Positions 19,547 to 24,724 of a stretch of DNA of 24,724 nt are shown here, piece after piece. The position numbers and the translations under genes are program-made. Each line of letters starts with the position of its first letter. Positions within the stretch are counted from its first letter, which is position 1. This stretch comes from Nitrospirae bacterium MYbin3 (GTDB lineage Bacteria > Nitrospirota > Thermodesulfovibrionia > Thermodesulfovibrionales > Dissulfurispiraceae): contig PEAD01000012.1 of the NCBI GenBank assembly GCA_002753335.1, positions 62,001 to 86,724 of the forward strand, read 5' to 3'. The notes below the pieces were generated by a model. The model was not told the DNA's origin and searched no databases. It saw only the letters and a program-made list of their open reading frames with translations.

Positions 19547-20866
19547 CTATCCCTTCATTTTACAAGCCACGAACTCTGTCCAGTCTTTTAACGCACGCTC
19601 TGCCATTTTCTCGCGCCGTTTTTTCTTGTCCCGTATTCTGAGAGTTTCTTCGTCCGCAGGGAGCAGTCCGAAGTTTATATTGCTCGGTTCGAAATGCTTA
19701 GGGTCTGAGGCTGTGATGTGATGCACAAGAGAGCCATGCGCGGTGGTTCTCGGCGGCAGGATTGGTTCTAAGCCGTTCAATCTTCGCGCTGCGTTTGTAC
19801 CGGCTATAAGTCCCATGGCGGTTGATTCTATATAGCCCTCAACCCCGCTTATCTGGCCGGCCACATATATGTTTGGCCTGTTTTTCATGGTGAGGTCACT
19901 GTTGATGTGGAGCGGAGAGTTTATATAAGTATTTCTGTGTATGCTTCCGAAGCGCATGAATTCTGCGTTCTCAAGCCCCGGAATCATAGAAAATACGCGC
20001 TTCTGTTCAGGCCATTTAAGCCTTGTCTGAAAACCTACCATGTTGTATGCAGTCTTTTCCCTGTTTTCTGTTCGCAGTTGTATGACAGCGTAAGGTGTTT
20101 TTCCTGTTTTAGGGTCAGGAAGCCCCACAGGTTTCAAAGGTCCGAATCTCAAGGTGTCGCGGCCCCTCTTGGCCATAACTTCAACCGGCATGCAGCCTTC
20201 AAATACTTTGATATTCTCAAATTCCCTTGCCGCCACTGTGTCCGCTTCCATAAGCGCGTCATAAAATTTGTCGTACTCCTCTTTTGTCATAGGGCAGTTC
20301 ACATAATCGTCCCCGCCTTTTCCGTAGCGCGATGCCAGAAAGACCTTTGAACTGTCAATGCTTTCGGCATCGATAATAGGGGCGATGGCATCGTAAAAAT
20401 GCAGGTGTTCAGCGCCTATTGCGGCCTGTATGGATTGGGTCATAGGCTGTGACGTGAGAGGCCCGGTAGCTAGTACAGCAATCTTATCCGGCAATGATTC
20501 AGTTTCTTCTCGAACGACCGTTATGAGAGGATTTTGCAGAATTAAATTTTCGATATATGCCGAAAAAATATTTCTATCTACAGCTAATGCTGAACCGGCC
20601 TGAACTTCTGATTCTTTGGCTGCTGCCATTATCAGAGAGTCTGCAGCCTCAAGCTCTGCTTTCAAGAGGCCCGGGCCTGTGGATACATCTTTTGAGCGCA
20701 AAGAATTGGAACAAACTAACTCTGCAAGCATATCTGTTTTGTGTGCCTCTGACATGCGATTAGGTCTCATCTCGTAAAGCTTGACCGAAACGCCTTGCTT
20801 CGCAGCCTGCCAAGCTGCTTCGCATCCCGCAAGTCCGCCGCCTATTATTGTTAGAAGTTTGCTCAT
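19547..20866 (-). CDS. trmFO: Folate/FAD-dependent tRNA m5U54 methyltransferase TrmFO (Gid)
   Basis: IIGGGLAGCEAA, ELVCSNS, FYDAIAP, FEGCMP, FGPLKPVGL, VGFQTRLK, AGQISGVEGY. The ATG at 20866 (MSKLL) is preferred over the GTG at 20878. Confidence 0.96.
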   Translation of the reverse strand: MSKLLTIIGGGLAGCEAAWQAAKQGVSVKLYEMRPNRMSEAHKTDMLAELVCSNSLRSKDVSTGPGLLKAELEAADSLIMAAAKESEVQAGSALAVDRNIFSAYIENLILQNPLITVVREETESLPDKIAVLATGPLTSQPMTQSIQAAIGAEHLHFYDAIAPIIDAESIDSSKVFLASRYGKGGDDYVNCPMTKEEYDKFYDALMEADTVAAREFENIKVFEGCMPVEVMAKRGRDTLRFGPLKPVGLPDPKTGKTPYAVIQLRTENREKTAYNMVGFQTRLKWPEQKRVFSMIPGLENAEFMRFGSIHRNTYINSPLHINSDLTMKNRPNIYVAGQISGVEGYIESTAMGLIAGTNAARRLNGLEPILPPRTTAHGSLVHHITASDPKHFEPSNINFGLLPADEETLRIRDKKKRREKMAERALKDWTEFVACKMKG

Positions 20867-20871
20867 TATTA

Positions 20872-20901
20872 TTGACACAATCCCAGTCTTACTGCTATAA
20901 A
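20872..20901 (+). promoter_or_regulatory. sigma70 promoter of ilvE (extended -10)
   Basis: TTGACA (20872-20877), 18 bp, TG-C-TATAAA (20893-20901). The ATG follows 9 nt later with no SD. Confidence 0.7.
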
Positions 20902-20910
20902 TAATAACTT

Positions 20911-21828
20911 ATGCTTACTAAAACTGAAAAGATTTGGATGGACGGAAAGCTCGTCAATTGGGACGATGCAAAGATTCATGTACTCACTCATACACTGCAT
21001 TACGGGCTTGGAGCCTTTGAAGGCATCAGGTGCTATAATGCCAAAAAAGGCCCTGCTGTTTTCAGGCTCGATGAGCATGTGGAAAGACTTTTTAATTCGG
21101 CCAAAATATTTCTTCTGGACATTCCCTACACAAAAGCCGAGATTAAAAAGGCGATACTAGATACCATTAAGGCCAACAAACTGAAAGAGTGTTATATCCG
21201 GCCTCTTGTTTACATCGGCTATGGCGCTATGGGCATCTATCCCAAAGGCAACCCGATTAATGTGGTGATAGCGGTCTGGCCGTGGGGCGCTTATTTAGGC
21301 GACGAGGCTCTCGAAAAGGGCATTAAGATAAAAACCTCATCTTTTATACGCAATCATGTTAACTCACAGATGTCGCGCGGCAAGATCTGCGGATACTATG
21401 TTAATTCGCAGATTGCAAAGAAAGAGGCTATTACGGGGGGATATGATGAAGCCCTGCTGTTAGATGCAGAAGGATATGTGTCAGAAGGCAGCGGAGAGAA
21501 TATTTTTATCGTTCGCAATGGACAGCTTAAAACAACCCCGCTCACCTCGATATTGGAAGGCATCACACGCGACAGCATTATGAAGATTGCTGAAGACCTT
21601 GGCATCGGAACGGTTGAGCAGCGTTTTACTAGAGACGAGCTTTATATCTCTGATGAAGCTTTCTTTACTGGCACCGCTGCCGAGATTACCCCAATAAGAG
21701 AACTTGACGGCAGAAAGATTGGTGAAGGCAAAGCAGGGGCGATAACGAAAAAGATTCAGTCCATATTTTTTGATGCTGTGAAAGGCAAGAACAAGAAATA
21801 CGAGAAATGGTTGACTTATGTAAAGTAA
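20911..21828 (+). CDS. ilvE: Branched-chain amino acid aminotransferase
   Basis: [28 protein letters not shown] Lys in [31 protein letters not shown]. Confidence 0.97.
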   Translation: MLTKTEKIWMDGKLVNWDDAKIHVLTHTLHYGLGAFEGIRCYNAKKGPAVFRLDEHVERLFNSAKIFLLDIPYTKAEIKKAILDTIKANKLKECYIRPLVYIGYGAMGIYPKGNPINVVIAVWPWGAYLGDEALEKGIKIKTSSFIRNHVNSQMSRGKICGYYVNSQIAKKEAITGGYDEALLLDAEGYVSEGSGENIFIVRNGQLKTTPLTSILEGITRDSIMKIAEDLGIGTVEQRFTRDELYISDEAFFTGTAAEITPIRELDGRKIGEGKAGAITKKIQSIFFDAVKGKNKKYEKWLTYVK

Positions 21829-21845
21829 CAGCTTAAAGTTTATAT

Positions 21846-21883
21846 AAAAAAAGGCGGTCACATTTAAGTGACCGCCTTTTTTT
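21846..21883. terminator. Bidirectional intrinsic terminator
   Basis: A7-GGCGGTCAC-ATTTAA-GTGACCGCC-T7 between the convergent ilvE and cytochrome genes. Confidence 0.95.
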
Positions 21884-21899
21884 ATTGGAATTTCTTAAA

Positions 21900-22208
21900 T
21901 TATTTCTTGTGGCACTTTGCGCAGTTGCCGTCAGTTTTGAAAGCTTTAGTTCCGTTGTGGCAACCAAAGCAGAACTTGTCGCTCTTGTGGTCTGCCATCT
22001 TAGGCTTCGCCTCTTTCTTCATCTGGAAAACCTTTGTGTGACAGTCGTTGCACTTAAGTCCCTTGTCAGCGTGGGTTTTGCCGTCAAATGTAACTTTGCC
22101 CATAGCGCCGCCTGCAAACTCGGAAGTCTTTCCCGGAGGAACCGCCATAGCGCTTCCTACGAAGACAACTGTGATAACAACTGCCAGAATAGCTGTGATA
22201 ATCTTCAT
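21900..22208 (-). CDS. Periplasmic triheme c7-type cytochrome
   Basis: Sec signal peptide (AMA/VPP); three CxxCH motifs (CNDCH, CFGCH, CAKCH); CHNGxxAF typical of c7-type triheme domains; SD GGGGGTGA. Confidence 0.9.
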   Translation of the reverse strand: MKIITAILAVVITVVFVGSAMAVPPGKTSEFAGGAMGKVTFDGKTHADKGLKCNDCHTKVFQMKKEAKPKMADHKSDKFCFGCHNGTKAFKTDGNCAKCHKK

Positions 22209-22249
22209 GTGTTCACCCCCTTTCTTTTTTTAGATTTATAAAGCAATAG

Positions 22250-22265
22250 AGCAACTAATGTGCCA
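22250..22265 (-). promoter_or_regulatory. sigma54 (-24/-12) promoter of the cytochrome gene
   Basis: Minus strand TGGCACATTAGTTGCT matches TGGCAC-N5-TTGCW with exact GG-N10-GC spacing, about 40 bp upstream of the ATG. Confidence 0.88.
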
Positions 22266-22349
22266 TATGCAATGGGATTGATTTTACCACATAAAGCAAT
22301 AAAAAAAACAAGCTGAATTTTTACCTTTTAGGGATTTATTCCTTATTTA

Positions 22350-22366
22350 GGGAAGGGTGGGTAGGG
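22350..22366 (+). other. Canonical G-quadruplex-forming motif
   Basis: GGG-AA-GGG-T-GGG-TA-GGG, intergenic, in an AT-rich context. Confidence 0.6.
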
Positions 22367-22367
22367 T

Positions 22368-23264
22368 TTATTGTTTTTGAGTGTTTTTGTCTTTGCTACC
22401 GAAAGTATAACTGAAAAGGTTATCCTTTCCAAGTTCTTTTTCGCAGGCTGTTATGCACTCCCCGCAGTTCACGCAGTTTATATCCCTTTTAGGGTTGCGA
22501 GGTTTTACTTCCATAAAGCATACTTTTTCGCAGCCCTTGCAATCGGTGCATCGCGAAATGTTTTTTTTGTCAAAAGCAAGCCTTAAAGATACCGGGCTTA
22601 TCCATCCGAAGAGTGTCTGCATTAATCCGGCAGCGCATACATATTTGCAGAAAAAATGGCGCACCAGAATTGATGTTATGAACATATATATGGACACGCC
22701 TATAATTCCGGCTTTCAGTCCAGTACTAAGTTCCCCTGCCATTATCTCCCTCGCTATCGTCTTAGGCGCTATAAAATATCCGGTTAGTATAATGCCGACC
22801 AAAGGCGGAATTGTCAGCAGCATAAGAACGGCCAAGGCTGCGTATATAAGTCGCTGCTTATTGCTCACTGGCGAGCCGTTTTGATTTTTGATAAAAAGAT
22901 TTCTGCGGCCTATAATCTTCATGCTCAGAAAGTCGGCCAGCTCAAAGAGCGCACCTTCTGGGCAGAGCCAACCGCAGAAAAGCCTGCCAAATAGAAAACC
23001 CATAAGCGGAAATACCGTGAGGACTATTATCCAAGGTAAAATAGCATTCACAAAAAACTGAAAAGCCACATGCCCCGCGCCCCTAACAGAGTGCTCCAAC
23101 AGGTCAGCTCCGGTTATGCCGAGGCTCCATACCTTTCCAAAGAGGAAGAGTTCCTGTGTTTCGGTATCGTAGCGGAATATGTCGAATACCGGCAAAAGGA
23201 ACAATAGGATTAGAAAAGCGGCTTGTGTAACTCTTCTTGTCATATGTAGATTTGTCGCGGTCAT
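22368..23264 (-). CDS. Membrane 4Fe-4S protein, CcoG/RdxA/NapH-like, without a FixG C-terminal domain
   Basis: About 4-5 TM segments; GRLFCGWLCP, FCKYVCA, CTDCKGCEKVC, CVNCGECITAC; CcoG-like N-terminus (LP...FRYD...FLFG). Alternative start at 23243. Confidence 0.85.
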   Translation of the reverse strand: MTATNLHMTRRVTQAAFLILLFLLPVFDIFRYDTETQELFLFGKVWSLGITGADLLEHSVRGAGHVAFQFFVNAILPWIIVLTVFPLMGFLFGRLFCGWLCPEGALFELADFLSMKIIGRRNLFIKNQNGSPVSNKQRLIYAALAVLMLLTIPPLVGIILTGYFIAPKTIAREIMAGELSTGLKAGIIGVSIYMFITSILVRHFFCKYVCAAGLMQTLFGWISPVSLRLAFDKKNISRCTDCKGCEKVCFMEVKPRNPKRDINCVNCGECITACEKELGKDNLFSYTFGSKDKNTQKQ

Positions 23265-23269
23265 GTTTT

Positions 23270-23278
23270 TTTATAACA
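23270..23278 (-). promoter_or_regulatory. Extended -10 element (TG-T-TATAAA) of the Fe-S protein gene
   Basis: Minus strand TGTTATAAA ends 5 nt before the ATG at 23264; no SD. Confidence 0.6.
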
Positions 23279-23296
23279 TGGCTGCGGGAAGATTTT

Positions 23297-23314
23297 GTAT
23301 GAGTTAGCTCATAC
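23297..23314. promoter_or_regulatory. CRP/FNR-family-like palindrome
   Basis: GTATGAG-TTAG-CTCATAC, i.e. TATGA-N6-TCATA (cf. TGTGA-N6-TCACA), centred 41.5 bp upstream of the ATG at 23264. Confidence 0.7.
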
Positions 23315-23317
23315 CCC

Positions 23318-23354
23318 AAATTAAAACGGAAGGGACAAACTTCATCCCCTCCGC
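23318..23354 (-). terminator. Intrinsic terminator downstream of norB
   Basis: Minus strand GCGGAGGGGAT-GAAGTTT-GTCCCTTCCGT followed by TTTAATTT; stem includes G-U pairs. Confidence 0.7.
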
Positions 23355-23384
23355 TTAGTTGTTAGATTATGGACAATCCGCTTT

Positions 23385-24724
23385 TTATGTCTTGGCAGTT
23401 TCTTTTCCGAGCTTGAAGAAATCTACGACAAAAAGCCATGTGCCATAGAGGAAACCTATGCCAAAGATAGCCCTGAATATCCAGAACCAGAGATTGTAGT
23501 TTGCCTTTACGGTCACATAGTCAAGACCCATAAGCCTTTCCATGTATGTCTGTACCATTCCGGCGCCGGTAATGGTCATAACAATAAAGATCATAGATAT
23601 TGTCAGCCACCAGAAAGAGCGATACCCTCTTGAGGTGTCAAAGTTTGGCGTACCCCTCAGAAGAGGAACAGTAATATAAATCATCGCCATTACCAGAAGT
23701 ACATATGCTCCGTAAAAAGCGAGATGGCCATGCGCTGTTGTCAGCTGGGTTCCATGTGTCCATTTGTTGACCTGCGGCAGAGTATGGATTACGCCCCACA
23801 ATCCGGCCCCTACGAAATTGAATATTGCATGAGCAGTCGCATAGAAGAGGCCGAGCTTGTTGCTTACCACCCTATGCTCCCTCGTTGTCCTGAAGGCGTC
23901 CCATACCATCATCAAAAGCGGAATCGGTTCGAGCGAGCTGAAAATTCCGCCTATCCAGAGCCAGTATGCTGGTGTGCCTATCCAATAATAGTGGTGTCCT
24001 GTTCCGAGAATTCCGGTGAACAGAACAAATCCCACCTCAATGTACATCCAGCGTTCGAGTACTTCACGTTTAGCATTGGTCACCTTCATAAGCATGAAGG
24101 CAAGCAGGGCTCCGGCTATTACTTCCCATGCGCCTTCAACCCAAAGATGCACAACCCACCACCACCAGTACTGGTCTTTTACCATGCTTTTGGTATAGAA
24201 CATGCCCGGCAGATACATGAGTGCAAGAAATGTAAGGCCTGCCAGCAGCGTTCCCTGAATGCCTGTCCATTTCTTGCTTTTGTACATAGTCATAAAGTTG
24301 ATAATAAGGAACAGAATGACCGATATTGCTATTAGCCAGTCTGCCCAGCGTGGCGCTTCGATATATTCTCTTCCTTCATTCAGCGCAAGTGTGCCGAATA
24401 TTAAAAAATTTGCCTGCGGGAACAAGCCTTGCACAATATAGCCGACAACCACCAAGGTAATCGCCACAACCGTTGCCCAGAACTGCAGTTTTGCAAGGGG
24501 AAGGTTCCAAAGTTCACTCTGAGATTCTTCTGGTACAACATAGTATGTAGCTCCCATCAATCCCACCAGCAGCCAAACTACTAGTGCGTTGATGTGGAGG
24601 GTTCTGATTGTGTTGAAGTTCAGGATAAAGAAGTCGGGCCAGATAAATTGGGCTGCGGCGATAACTCCTACAAGCACCTGAACAAGAAAAAGCACCACCG
24701 CAAAGGTGTAGAAGTGCTGTGCAA
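23385..24724 (-). CDS. norB: Nitric oxide reductase large subunit (cNOR-like NorB), 5' end outside the window
   Basis: RTLHIN, GREYIE, WWWVVHLWVEGAWE, GTGHHYYWIG, LEPIP, HGTQLTTAHGHLAFYG: six His ligands plus conserved Glu residues and no HPEVY Tyr. The frame stays open to the window edge (...AQHFYTFAVVLF). Confidence 0.93.
   Translation of the reverse strand, partial: AQHFYTFAVVLFLVQVLVGVIAAAQFIWPDFFILNFNTIRTLHINALVVWLLVGLMGATYYVVPEESQSELWNLPLAKLQFWATVVAITLVVVGYIVQGLFPQANFLIFGTLALNEGREYIEAPRWADWLIAISVILFLIINFMTMYKSKKWTGIQGTLLAGLTFLALMYLPGMFYTKSMVKDQYWWWWVVHLWVEGAWEVIAGALLAFMLMKVTNAKREVLERWMYIEVGFVLFTGILGTGHHYYWIGTPAYWLWIGGIFSSLEPIPLLMMVWDAFRTTREHRVVSNKLGLFYATAHAIFNFVGAGLWGVIHTLPQVNKWTHGTQLTTAHGHLAFYGAYVLLVMAMIYITVPLLRGTPNFDTSRGYRSFWWLTISMIFIVMTITGAGMVQTYMERLMGLDYVTVKANYNLWFWIFRAIFGIGFLYGTWLFVVDFFKLGKETAKT

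Noticed and set aside
20867..20878. GTG start for trmFO at 20878
   Set aside because: The ATG at 20866 gives a typical TrmFO N-terminus, and the extension overlaps the ilvE -35 element.
21885..22241. 118-aa plus-strand ORF with a signal-peptide-like start
   Set aside because: Antisense to the clear cytochrome gene and begins immediately after a strong terminator, with no RBS.
23385..24724. Assignment as cbb3/aa3 oxidase subunit I, or a start at the GTG at 24698
   Set aside because: It has HLWVEG plus NOR-specific glutamates and lacks the cross-linking Tyr motif. The frame is open beyond the window edge. qNOR cannot be fully excluded without the 5' end.
1..24724. CRISPR arrays, tRNA/rRNA, IS or prophage elements, recoding (Sec/Pyl) signals
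   Set aside because: No repeat-spacer pattern, RNA-gene-sized unexplained gap, transposase or interrupted conserved ORF was seen by eye.

Overview
Bacterial genomic window, mostly housekeeping. The protein style and gene content suggest an anaerobic Gram-negative, possibly Nitrospirota/Thermodesulfovibrionia-like; this is inference and was not verified. Positions 1-18104 hold a nearly complete, translationally coupled dcw (division/cell wall) operon: mraZ-rsmH-ftsL-ftsI-murE-murF-mraY-[S11 DD-peptidase]-murD-ftsW-murG-murC-ddl-ftsQ-ftsA-ftsZ. It has a clear sigma70 promoter and three MraZ boxes, lacks murB, and runs without an evident terminator into mnmE. Next come a convergent trmFO and a divergent ilvE that share a 44-bp promoter gap, then a perfect bidirectional terminator. 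The most interesting part is the minus-strand block at 21900-24724: a 5'-truncated nitric oxide reductase norB, then a short CcoG/NapH-like membrane Fe-S protein, then a triheme c7-type cytochrome with atypical ligands. The two downstream genes each appear to have their own promoter: a CRP/FNR-like site at -41.5 with an extended -10, and a near-perfect sigma54 promoter with enhancer/IHF-like elements and a canonical G-quadruplex motif. No tRNA, rRNA, CRISPR array or mobile element was seen. Novelty of any finding cannot be established without database searches.
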